Under the pieces are notes generated by a model, which ran no database searches, was not told the origin of the DNA, and worked only from the letters and a program-made list of their open reading frames with translations. A program made the translations under genes and the position numbers. From positions 123,857-163,167 of the forward strand of contig WELB01000014.1 in NCBI GenBank assembly GCA_009602725.1: 39,311 nucleotides of DNA, given 5' to 3'. The stretch comes from Spirogloea muscicola (Eukaryota). The first letter of the stretch is position 1; every line of letters begins with the position of its first letter. Positions 10,837 to 21,789 of the stretch are shown piece by piece.

Positions 10837-11155
10837 CCCTCATAGCCCTCTACTGGGAGCGTCGTCTTCCTCTATTTCTACAGCCCTCGCCCCCCTTCTG
10901 AGAGCCACTTCTCGGGACGGCCCGCCGTGAGGGACGCCACGCTAGCCCAGGTGGCTATAACGGACAGCCGCCGTCGCCGTAGCCCGCAGCTGTGGCGGGT
11001 GCCACTCCAAATTGACACCTCCCCCGCTACGCCATCACCCCTTTGCCTTACCTGCACCGTGGAAGACGTCCTCCGCCGCCGTCGCCCAGCTGCGCGCCCC
11101 GCTGCGCCGCGGCCAGGCCAGGCCGCTGCGAGGCCGTCGCAGCAGGAGAGGGCCC

Positions 11156-14100
11156 ATGGCTTCTGCGCGGCCGCCGCGGGCAGCGTCTGTGCCTCTGCTG
11201 CTGGTCGCCCTCGTTGCGCTTTCTCTCCACGGGGCTCTGGCAGGTGGGCTGCCCGCCCCTTCCCATCTGCAGCACTGGCTCTCGTTGTCGACTTACCATC
11301 GAGAAGTTACCTCTGGCTTCCCGAGCTGTGCTTTGTCCACACCAAATGTGGCGCTCAGTGCCCTGGGTGTAGCAAAAGCCCTTCCCAAGCGCTCGTCCTT
11401 CATGGGCTGCCAAAGCTCAAGACACCAGCATTAGTGTGCTGGACACTCTCTGCTGCAGCTGCTGCGACCTGGCCCATGAGAAAGTTCCCTCAAGCTGGCT
11501 CAGTCTGCTTCCCGTTCCAGGTCCTGCACGTGCCATTTTGGATGCAGCGGAAAGGCCGTCCACACTGAAGTAAGGAGTTCTTCTCCGCTTTTCCTCTGCT
11601 TGCTTCTGCATAGCACGCTGCCTGCCTTGGTCTCACTAAGCATCAGACTAGCTCCAATATTGGAGCCTGCTCTAGCAATTGACTGCTAGAGCTGGGCTGA
11701 TGTTGTCCTACCCTCACGGCCTTGTTGACTCTGATATGAGTAGCATTCACCAATTGCTGTGACATGTACATGGCAGGTTGAGCCTCACTCACATTGACGC
11801 ACCTCATTCGCCTCTCCGGAGAGAGTGGCCCAGCAAAGAGTACGCATACAGGTTTCGGTACTACAGCGACAAGGTAAGAAGATATGCAAGTGGCAAATGG
11901 TATGCGTCCAAATACATCACTTGGCACGTACTTTGGCTTACCTGTCTGCTTGTAGCCCCTTGCAACAATTACCAGGCCCTGCATTGCTGAGCAGACATCT
12001 TCTTCTCACAACACTTCACATAGTCCAATCACCAGCTGCCCGCTCTCAGAGAACGTGTAAGTTGGCTGCTTGTGGAGTTGTTCATACTGTTAATACAATC
12101 TGTTGCAATTCATCACGACTTTATGCAACATCTGCTTATACATTACTGCACCTTCTGCAGGCAAGATCGGAGAGCTTGTATCGCCTGATCACTAGCAAAG
12201 AGCCAATACGACATCCGGGAAACAGGACCCCTCCTTTAACGCGACCAAAGCTTGTGTCGGGGGCGCACAACACCACGTCCACAAGATCATTCGCGGAGGC
12301 AGCGCTCCAAGTTGTCGAGGAAGCTTTCAACACGACAGTCCATTCAGGATACGGCGTTGGAATCGGAGAATACTTTGCAGACTTCAGCTTGGGCGACCCA
12401 GCCCAACCCCAAATTCTTTTTGTAGACACCGGGAGCGATCTATTGTGGACTCAGGTTGCACCAGCACATTGACCTTGGCAGCAGGCTGTTTCAGAAATGC
12501 TCTCCCGCGTGCATGCACTCGCTGGAGGCCAACGGCAATTTGGACAAGCAGTTGCAGAGCTAAAATCTGATGTGATAGAACATCCCTAAAGCACCTCATT
12601 GCAGCTGGTGGTGTGCAAGGACTTATCTCCTCTGAATTCTCTTACTGCTGCAGTGCTTGCCCTGCTTGATTTGCTATGATCAAGCGGGACCTATTTTCGA
12701 TCCCGCTCTGTCATCGACCTTCTCTCTCATTGATTGCAGAAGTGCAACTTGCCAATCCTTTACTTACTATTACCAGTACGACTTGTGTGACTTCTACACA
12801 AATTGCGAATACACCTACAGGTACAGCTTTGTGAAGTTGGAGGCAGTGTAACTTGTAGATTGGTAGGTTGCATCATCTGCATGGCCAGCGTGGCCAACAA
12901 TCAACTCTTTTGACCTTCTAAATGTTGCGCTGTTGATGTGTCCTAGTCTGAGATACATCAGTCCATGGCAGGAGGATATCAGCATACGTGCTGAGCCATG
13001 CATCTCGAGTGCATGCAGTTATGGAGACACGTCATACACCTCGGGTGATTTGGCGAATGAGACGGTTTGGCTAACAAGCACCACTGGCGATAATGTACGC
13101 CTCTTGGGGACAACCTTTGGTTGCGGTCACATCAATGTTGGTAGCTTCGACTATGCAGGGGGCCTATTAGGCCTTGGACGGGGGCCACTATCCTTTGCTC
13201 AACAGGCAAGTCTCTGCAAGTTAACGAAGCGTTGCCAGCTGCAGCAGATCTCTTCATGTGGAAGGCCCTTCGATGTCACACATGTGCAAGCCAATGAGCT
13301 TGCATGTCGGCTGCAACAAGTGGTTCTTGGTTCTTTCACAGCAACCTTGCCCGCTTTTGCATTTTTGTGAACACAGCAATGCTTAGCGCTGCAGTGGAGG
13401 GGGATTCTTCGATACGCTATTCAATGCTAACCGCTGCGCCACTGCTAATTCTATGCATGCAACTTTCTCCGACCTGCAGCTTGAGCCTTACGACAATGTA
13501 TTCACCCTGTGCCTGCAAAGCTGGTATGCGGATTACCTGCCTCCGAGTGAGTTGGAGTTTGGGTCGGCTGGAGTGCCGAGTACGGGCGTCACATACACTC
13601 CAATCCTTGACAATCCTGTCGTGGATGAATACATTGGGTACTCTACCTTTTATTACGTGCTGGTCAATGAGATACTGTTGGGAACAACCTCAGTCGGCAT
13701 CCCTGCGGCTGCTTTTACCATTGACTCCTTCGGTGGAGGGGGGACCATCTTTGACTCTGGGACAAGCTTGATAGTGTGAGTGATGCAGCGGCTTGCCTTC
13801 TTGCTGCCATGCTTAAAGCAATCACAAAAAAGAGAAGTCGTGTCAATTCATGAGCATATAGCGCGTCTCTCACATTGGCCGGCCTTTCTGATTCATACTG
13901 TGACTCAGGCTGCTGAGTGATGTGTACCGACCCATTATTGATTATCTAAATGCCAGCGTACCTCTGCCCAGGTAAGCATAGAGTACTGCATTATCGTAAT
14001 GTGCTACCAATCACGTGCTCTTGACATTGCAATTATGCCAACTTGTGATCTGATTAGAAACGCCTGGCGTTAACATATACCACGTGCATGGTACAACTGC

Positions 14101-15653
14101 TGCAAGTAGCACAACTGCAGTTAGCAGTCCAGCCGTCACCATTTGCCTAAGATTGCTTGTGTTGCATCAGAGAGAAAGACCCATTTGGTGCACTAGGTTT
14201 GGAGCTTTGCTGGAACGTCGCCGGAATAGTGGCCAGTCAAGAGGACATCGACCAACTGGGCGTCTTCCCTCTCATGACCATCCGCATGTCAGGGCCGGCC
14301 GACTTCACGATTCCCCCTGTGAATTACCTCGCTCTGGTGACTGATACCGTAGTCTGTGCAGTCTTTGTGGAGTCGAGCACCATAAACATCATCGGCAACT
14401 ATGCACAGCAGAACTTCCTGATGGTGCACGATCTGAACCACACTATGGTAAGTGCTCGTGTCCCGATACCACAAGCTGCTCAGTATCAAGGCTGCCTTTA
14501 ACTGTTGACAAGCCGGTCCCCTACACCAGTTGCATGAAACCGTCAGCACAATGCCCACTGCTACTGTTATCACCAACGAACTCGGGTTCAGGGTTCAGGG
14601 CTTAGGGTTTTGGGCTTAAATTTCACGGTTTAGGGCTTAAATTTTTCTGTGACTCACTAGCATATAGAAGTGACAGACGATGAGAGAATAGATTGCTTTC
14701 GGAGAGCAAGGCCCAAGCGAGGCCTTGCCTTGCACACTTAGTGGGCCCTGATCATACTGCATGCCGTTGTGTGCGTTGCAGCTCGGCTGGATGTCGCTTA
14801 ACTGCACGACCAAGGGCCCAGTGACGGCTCCGTCATCAGTTCACCCCCTTCCTCCGCCGCCTCCTCCCCCCCTTCCACCAGAGCCATCCCCTCCTCCCCC
14901 CCCTCCTCCGCCTCCTCCCCCCCCTTCTCCTCCGCCTCNNNNNNNNNNNNNNNNNNNNNNNNNNNNNNNNNNNNNNNNNNNNNNNNNNNNNNNNNNNNNN
15001 NNNNNNNNNNNNNNNNNNNNNNNNNNNNNNNNNNNNNNNNNNNNNNNNNNNNNNNNNNNNNNNCCCTCCCCTCCTCACCCTCCTCCACCCCCTCCGCCTC
15101 GCCCTCCAACACCTCTTCCACTGGCGCCAACCTCTCCGCCTCCACCTCAGCCTGCCCCTCCTCCCGCCCTCCCTCCGCCTCGACCTGCCCTTCCTCTCCC
15201 CCTCCCTCCACCTCCACCTCCGGAACGTGAGTGCTCCTGACCGTAGCCTTGTCTTCAATCATGGTCCCCCCCTCACGCTGATGGAGTGCTCGGCGTGCAT
15301 GCATGAAAGCCCTTTGACGTTGCCCGTGCCTCAAGCGATGATGCTGTAACAACTCCGTCCAGCATCAGCTCCGAGCTAGTTCATCTCGGCTCCATCATCG
15401 GCAGGATTTGCAGAGCAGCTGGTTCTCTGGCTCACATGCATGTCGTCTTCTCGCTCATGGCTGTGCGCACGCCCGACCTTTACTGTGTCACTTCCTCTCT
15501 CCTGCCCTTTGTATCTTCACTGCAGGAATCGTCGGCCATCACCCGGCAGGAGTAGGGAAGCACGCTCGTGGAAGTGGACACCACGCAGCTGGGGTCGGCC
15601 ATCACACAACTTCCACTGGGATGCACCCTCCTGGCGTTGGTCACCACAACTAA
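11156..15653 (+). CDS. Secreted A1 (pepsin-family, nepenthesin/CND41-like) aspartic protease with C-terminal poly-Pro stalk and His-rich repeats; 11 exons
   Basis: Exons 11156-11243, 11521-11569, 11777-11873, 12161-12454, 12654-12820, 13019-13205, 13480-13775, 13909-13971, 14171-14447, 14782-15226, 15526-15653, all splice phases compatible. Signal peptide MASARPPRAASVPLLLVALVALSLHGALA; pro-segment LSLTHIDAPHSP; GEYF...VDTGSDLLWTQCLPC (first catalytic Asp); FGCG; GLLGLGRGPLS; IFDSGTS (second Asp); IIGNYAQQN. Frame across the N gap is assumed. Confidence 0.93.
14584..14638 (+). repeat. Degenerate interstitial telomere-like repeats (TTTAGGG/TTCAGGG variants) in protease intron 9
   Basis: GGGTTCAGGGTTCAGGGCTTAGGGTTTTGGGCTT...GGTTTAGGGCTT. 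Confidence 0.6.
14939..15063. other. Assembly gap (125 N) inside the poly-Pro coding exon
   Basis: N run flanked by CCN-rich sequence. Confidence 1.
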
Positions 15654-16429
15654 AGCGGCGGGAAGACTGCAGATGCAGTGCACATATTACACCGTGCGCA
15701 GGAGTGGCCGGCCACATGCGAGGTTGGCCAGGAGGGCCTCTGGCAGAAGCACCCACTTCAAGTGTACATAGGCCTTGTCGTCTGATTTGCATGCCACTTA
15801 GCGCTCGCCAAACATAAGGCGGCTTAGCACGTCTGACAAGAACGTAAGGCCATGCATGTTCCCCATCGAACAATGCGCTGACATCATTAGGCCTCCAATA
15901 ACTGTGGTATGAAGTACATCTTGGTTGTTATTGTTTTTTAACTTTATACTTGCAGCCTTGCTGAGTACCGGGAGAGAGTGGCCCTAATACCTGTCTGACA
16001 TTGTTGATGCGGGAGCAGCGTTTTGATAACGGTCAGGATGTAACAAATCTCACGGATACTCTCGCAGCTTGTACCAAGCTGAGCAAGCATCATGAAGTGG
16101 TGCGTGCAGCAACGCTGTCGGCATTGCACCCCTGGATTTGCTGATCTGGATCCCTCCAAGGTTGCCTACCTGGACATAAGTAGGAAAAATAGATATGTAA
16201 ACTTCGGCAGTACCTTGGGGTTGACGCCCATGGTGGCCAGCTTCTCATGAAGACCAATTCGAAGCGCAGATAGTTGCAATTTGCAACTGCAGAGAGCTCT
16301 CAGGACAAGTCTGCAGAGGCGCCCTCGTAACTCCCTAGCTTGGCCTGAAATGAAGCGGATGGTCTTGGCAATGGCAATCATTGGCTTGGCCACCAATTTT
16401 GCAGTCAACCCTTGCCCTCCTCTAGAAGC

Positions 16430-16570
16430 TGGCCAACAAACCGAATCAAACGGAAGACCTGGGCAGGCGACCCAGCGGCGTTGAAGCCGGGCAGCTCCCC
16501 TTGCTGTCCCTGACTACGATTGACGACCTGCCGTGCAAGTCGCTGCAGGAGAGGGTGTGACGATTCTCTC
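16430..16570 (-). mobile_element. Decayed CRE-like C-terminal fragment
   Basis: LLQRLARQVVNRSQGQQGELPGFNAAGSPAQVFRL resembles LLAKFARAVSRRRGEPADFNAAGSWAPVYRM. Confidence 0.6.
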
Positions 16571-17119
16571 GTAGCAAGCGCCGCACGAGGTACGGACACG
16601 GAGAGCATGCCCGAAAGGGTTGTGCAGAATCAGCTCACTTGGGCGATACGCGCGCATCACGAGCCAGTGCCTCCTGGCACGCGCTGTACGAGGGTACCAC
16701 TCCAGGAGGCTGGCTCACACGTTGCGCCTTCTCTCGCTTCCTGGGCTGGCTTCTCACAGCCCTTGCCCCCAGTGGGAAGCCACTTTCTTTTCGGAGAAAG
16801 AGAGAGGCGCGCGGTGCGCATGAAGACGAAAAGGATGCCATTCCGAGCCTTACAAAAGTCCCGGTGACGGGGAAAGAAGCCACCAATTACCCTTTGGATT
16901 TGCGCATCGCAATGTATGGCAGCCGACACCATACGGCAGGACAGGGAGTACCAAGCAACCAGTGGCCACTGAAGCGGCTGTGTGCTACAGCGCATTCCTG
17001 GTTCCTTCGAATACTGTCCACTCTGGGCTGGCCAATCACAGCCATCGCCTGGAAGAGTCTCTCTTTCAAGGACGTACACGTCGGAGGGCGCGGGGTCGAG
17101 TCCGTCTGGCAGCAGACAG

Positions 17120-17790
17120 TAGTGCGGCTGCTGATATTTAGAGAGCGGCTGTGATAGCCAGCCAGATGCATGCAAGTGTTCTTGACGAGCTACAAGCTAG
17201 GCAGATAGGGCGCTCTCAGTACTCCCGGGTCAGCAGTCAGATGAGCTGAGGGGAGGAAGAGCAACCCCGCTGCGCGAGCCAGAGGCTGCTGCAAGGGCGC
17301 GACCGGTAAAGGCTGTGAAGCAAGCGTTTGGAGCGCTGGAGGGTCATAGACAATCGCATGCGGTAGCAGGGCACACGACCCAAAGGCTCCGAGCCTCCAG
17401 GAAGTGCTGCACCCTGTTCGCGGCGCCGGTGGTCAGCTTGAGATGCCAGCAGCGAAAGTAACGAGGACCACCGACCCCCGTAACAACCGTGGATGTCCAT
17501 GGCCAGGGGGTGAAAGGTGTGTCACCCGCCGGGTGGTCCTTGTACTTGTGCAGTTTCTTCTGTTCAGCCACCTTCACGGCATAGCCGGTTGCCTGAAGTC
17601 ATGGGGCCCTTCTTCCGGAAGCTGTCGGTGAGGACAACGTCCACGAGGAGCCGCTTGCCGCCTCCAGGGGGACGCCAACGAGAACGACACACCTCGTCCG
17701 AAGGGACGGAACGGAGTGGAGGAACCCTCCGGCCGCTGACGCCCGTGGGGGCGAGGCTGACGATGACGTTCAGCGGGAGCGGGACCACCG
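17120..17790 (-). mobile_element. 5'-truncated CRE-like element, subfamily C (RLE domain plus 3' UTR), frameshifted
   Basis: GGGKRLLVDVVLTD, AEQKKLHKYKDHPAGD, MDIHGCYGGRW, CYRMRLSMTLQRS. Confidence 0.8.
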
Positions 17791-17947
17791 CCGATTGCCG
17801 GCCCGCGGAATGCGGCGGTCAAGCGGGGAGGAGGGAGGTCAGGGGCAGGGAGGCGCTCAGGCGTTACTAGCTTGTAGTGTAGTCCTTTCTCCCAGCGTCT
17901 TCAGAGCCACTTCTTCTTCAGGCCCCGCAGTCGCTGCTTAGCTCGTC

Positions 17948-18035
17948 CTTTGGCCCCTTCGAACCTTGTCAATTCTTTTCGGGCTGGCTTCTCACAGCCC
18001 TTGCCCCCATTGGGAGAGCCACTTCTTCTTCTTTT
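17948..18035 (+). repeat. Clean stand-alone copy of the retrotransposon 3' module with (TTC)n tail
   Basis: TTTGGCCCCTTCGAACCTTGTCAATTCTTTTCGGGCTGGCTTCTCACAGCCCTTGCCCCCATTGGGAGAGCCACTTCTTCTTC; close to 30168-30252 and the reverse complement of 6930-7012. Confidence 0.85.
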
Positions 18036-18462
18036 TCTCCGGCTCCTCTTGCTTTGGCTTTGGACATTGTCCATTCTTTTTTGGGCTGGCTTGGCCAGCC
18101 CCTCTTTTCTATGGGCGCGCTTTTCTCTACTAGCGCAGCGATCGGGGAGGGATGTTTTGGCCCTGACGCTGACGCTGGGACCCAGACCCGCACGGGGCCG
18201 GCTGCCGGCCCGCGCTTTGCGGCGAGCCGACCGGCGCGGGAAGGCCGGGGTTGGGAGGTAGCGGGGGAGTTGGCTCCGATAATTCGTACGGGTGGGCGGG
18301 CGGGGAGGGAGGCGGCAACCCGGGCCGGGCGCGTCACCCCCCCCTCCCCGGCGCCAGAAGGCGGTGTTCTCGGGTCCCTCGCCCAAGCGACGCCCACCTC
18401 CCTCCTCTCCCCCGTTCCCGTTGTCTGATCTCCGTTAGCAGGAACGAGGAGACAAGCTCGGG

Positions 18463-18521
18463 GCCAGTGACGGGGTTCGAACCCATGTCCTTCAAACCTA
18501 CAACCTGAGGACCCCACTGGT
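18463..18521 (-). pseudogene. tRNA-like sequence lacking a D-arm (anticodon loop TT-GTA-GG, Tyr-like)
   Basis: Minus strand: ACCAGTG GGGTCC TCAGG TTGTAGG TTTGA AGGAC ATGGG TTCGAAC CCCGT CACTGGC = acceptor 5', 6-nt linker, anticodon arm, variable loop, T-arm, acceptor 3'. Confidence 0.5.
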
Positions 18522-19094
18522 GTGAGAAATCTATGAGACTCTTGCTAGCTCGTATGATCTAGGTTCTAGAACTGTGTGTGGAGCAGCGCGGTACCACCTC
18601 CATGCGCGCCTTATGAGGCCCACACAAAGTGGAGCGTCGGCGGGGTACTGAGGGGCTCAGGTTTACTCCCTGAGCTAGGGAGTCCGGTGGTCTCAGCGAT
18701 TGGTGGATCGACTAGATCTCCACCGATGGGGTTGGCGCCGACCCGTGAGATCCAGGTTGGCAGCGCTAGGGCGTGCCGCCAGGTTCAGGGTCTGAGGGGC
18801 TGGAGGGGCTTGCTCCCTTGCACTCACTAGGGCGTACGCCACCGATCCCCGCCGGCCCAGCAGAGCGCACTGCAAGCGCGGCAGGACGGGGGTCGCGTAG
18901 TGAGGTTGCCAGCAGCAGCCACAGCGGCAGCAGCGGCAGCGGCGGCGGCAGCAGCTCCACACGGGAGCCGCAGCAAATCCCCGCAAGGCGTGACAGTGGC
19001 GCCTGCGGCTTGCAGCAACTCCCTGTGCGCTTCGTCTTTGAACACCAGCACAGATGGCAGAGCTCAAGACTGTACATCGAAGACGTTAGCGAGA

Positions 19095-19270
19095 GGCGCT
19101 CTATAACCGCGAGTCAGCCAGTGCATAGCAGTTTGACTAGAGAGCGGCAATGCGTCGCCCTAACGCAACGCGGAGGCAGCAGCAAAGGCGCGGCTTGCAC
19201 AAAGTGGACGGCATACTCTAAGGACGGCTGCAGAGATATTGCAAGGCGCATTCTGTGAATCTGAGCAAGC
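19095..19270 (-). mobile_element. Decayed CRE-like C-terminal fragment
   Basis: HRMRLAISLQ... and terminal CTGACTCGCGGTTAT (LTRGY). Confidence 0.6.
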
Positions 19271-19479
19271 GACTCGGCGGCAGAGATGTGAAGACGGAGC
19301 AGCGAGAGCTGGGACGTGCGCGAGCTAGCGGGCCAGGCCGCCGCCGTGACCACCGGCGCCAGCGAACGGTTACCGGCCCCTCCCGACGGGGCGACGGTGT
19401 CTCATGGACGTCTTCTTGACATTGCGGGCTCCGTCCGGCTCGGGCCAACCGCCTGGGCGGGTCCTCCGGCGGCGGAAGC

Positions 19480-19562
19480 ATGGCGGCGCTGGCGCTGGCG
19501 CTGGCGCTGCTCTTGGCCGCCGCCGCCGCCACCGCCGCCGGAACGCCCGGGCTCGCGCTGCG
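19480..19562 (+). CDS. Probable first exon encoding a signal peptide; downstream exons not resolved
   Basis: MAALALALALLLAAAAATAAGTPGLAL followed by a GTGAGC donor at 19563. Confidence 0.5.
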
Positions 19563-20295
19563 GTGAGCGCCAGCCCAGCTCGCCGGCGGCCAGCTCCGCC
19601 GCAGGCTGCCGCCGCGAATAGCTCGTTGCCCCCGCGCCGAGCGGCCGCTGAGTCTCAGTGACCGAGTCCGAGTCCTTTCAGAGCGCACGGGGACTCTGCC
19701 GGTGACGGCAGCCTCGTGTACTCGACTCTGCCCAAAGTCTCGGCGGCCGCCGCGGCGAAGTATCATCCGCTGTAATCTCGTCCGAGCGAGAGACAGCTGG
19801 CGTCATGAAATAGGTGCTGTCTGCCGGCCCCTGCAGTGACTCGATTCCGCGCCGAGGGTCAACGCCTGGAGGATCAAAGCGGATAATACCGTAGTAGCGC
19901 CGCACGGCTTCATTGGGCCCCTGGAGCCCCTCGCTCGGACAACGATGGCTGCCGTCGACCCCGGTAATGACTACAAGGACTGGCCCGTGAAAGCCGCGCC
20001 AACGCGGCACCCACGGCGGCAGCTGCAGCCCAATTGAGGAGGTGCCCTGGGTCCCCCTGGTAAGGCGCTTGATGATAGGAGGTATGCTTTGCACTTTGGG
20101 TGCGCCACATGCTGGAGATGCTCGGGTTCGGCTTATGCTGCAGCCCTCGAGGCGTAAAAGTCAGCTCGTGCTGATGACTAGCCACCTGGACGGCCTTCTC
20201 TGGTCGATACGCTCGCTGCATGCACAGCATGCCCGTCGTCCCGCTCAAGGTCCCTCTCCGTTGGTGCTGCTTGATGCTGGTCGGACTCGAACAGT

Positions 20296-20842
20296 GTTGT
20301 CGTGATTGCTCTCGTCTCTCTCATGCACGATGAGATGAGGGCTTTTTCTTCTGACATCCTCGACCCCGCCGCTCTCGAAGCCCGGGAGGTACTTGCTGGC
20401 CACATGCTTCTTTGGCGAAGTCAGCAACCAGGTGAAATGTATGGAGAGCCAGCTGATCATCGCCGGCGTCCTGAAGCGCACCTTGGTCGTGGACAGGTGC
20501 TGCTGCTTTGAAGTGCTGTATTTATAATGATAAGATATCAACAAGTTGCTGAATGTGAGCATCAAGCTGCGGATGCTAGTAAGGAAATTATCACACTGAG
20601 CTTCCTGTACCCTGGGATGGTTGGCCGCAATTCTGACGAGGTCTTGCGAGCCGTGGACGCGCTTCAGCTGGCATACATATGTGACATTGCAACCCCAGCA
20701 GGTTGGAAGCCAGGCGAGAAGGTTGTCGTTCCTTCCAAGATGTCCACTGAGGAGGCGCAGAAGAGATTTGCATAACAAGGTTGAGGTTGCGCAAATGCCA
20801 TCGGGCAAAGACTATCTGCGCACGGTAGAGCTGTCAGGTTAG
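20296..20842 (+). pseudogene. 1-Cys peroxiredoxin (Prx6 family) C-terminal half, disrupted
   Basis: VIALVS...[45 protein letters not shown]...[16 protein letters not shown] (intron 20497-20579); frameshift near 20770 before VEVAQMPSGKDYLRTV*. These match Prx6 motifs LYPxxxGRNxDE, ATPxxW and PSGKxYLR. No PVCTTE active-site motif found. Confidence 0.8.
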
Positions 20843-21489
20843 AGCAGGTGTATAGCTTGGACGGGCTGGTGGTGGCCGACTGGGAATCACGTCCGTGCAG
20901 CATGCATGTGGCAGATGCAGACGGGGACCTCGAGTTGTCGCTGATTACTCTCACCTGGCCAAAATATCCCCACATAATAGTATCACAGCAGAATTATCTT
21001 GAGCAAAGGGCTAGACCGAATAGAATTGCTCATCCTCTCACTGCAAGAAGGAGCACTCAATGCTTGCGTGACAGTTTTGCAGTCTTGCCGTGATCACGCT
21101 TGCAGGTCGTATTAGTATTCAGATGGCAAAGGTCCTATACATACCTCATACACCTTGTCTTCCTGACCAGCTATGCCAAGAGTTGGGGAGCTTTGACAAC
21201 GTAAGCGTGGTGGCTGTTTGGGCAGAATCACGTCCATCCTCTCTCTTCCCTTCTCATAGCCTCCGTTCACAAGCCCAGTTAATCCAGCTTCAATCCATGC
21301 CGGTCCTCAGACTTGGTGGGACGCGCCTGCATCCGCAGTGACCGATTGGTGGTCATGATTCCTTGTTGGTACACGTCGCATGACCACCCCGATCGAGCTC
21401 AAACTGCTCAGCGAAAGCGCGGGAGGCTCCAGCAACCCCCGGTCCGGGCGACGACCGCACGGCAAGCGGCTGTGGGCGGTGCTGGCGCA

Positions 21490-21789
21490 GCGCGCGCCAC
21501 CGACCGGCGTGGACGCCATTAAGGTCGACGCGGCGCGTGTGAAGTCCGTCGGCCCTCTAGAGGATTGGCATGACCGAAGCATTCTCCTGGAAGCGCTTTC
21601 TCTGCACCATTGACAACAGGTTACTGAGAGCCCACTTGCTGACGTCTTGATGATCCTGCTTTATGCAATCTCTTCATGCCTTTCTTCTTTCAGACTTGAG
21701 CCCTTCTTCTTTCAGACTTGTCCATTCCTTTGGGCTGGCCTCTGACAGATAGCGCATTTGTCCCCTTCGTACTTTGGCCCAATCGGGCC
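21490..21789 (+). repeat. Near-identical duplicate of 9213-9484 (junction of a minus-strand RLE fragment and a plus-strand 3' end)
   Basis: Long identical runs such as AGTCCGTCGGCCCTCTAGAGGATTGGCATGACCGAAGCATTCTCCTGGAAGC. Confidence 0.92.

Noticed and set aside
14798..15352. Glu/Gly- and Arg-rich minus-strand ORFs
   Set aside because: Antisense shadows of the poly-Pro exon.
18693..19110. ORFs over the CAG/CGG-rich tract
   Set aside because: Low complexity, no recognisable domain or convincing exon structure.
20843..21240. Two similar short segments (VVADWESRP and VVAVWAESRP) as a gene
   Set aside because: Only about 50 bp of weak similarity; no supportable ORF or family.
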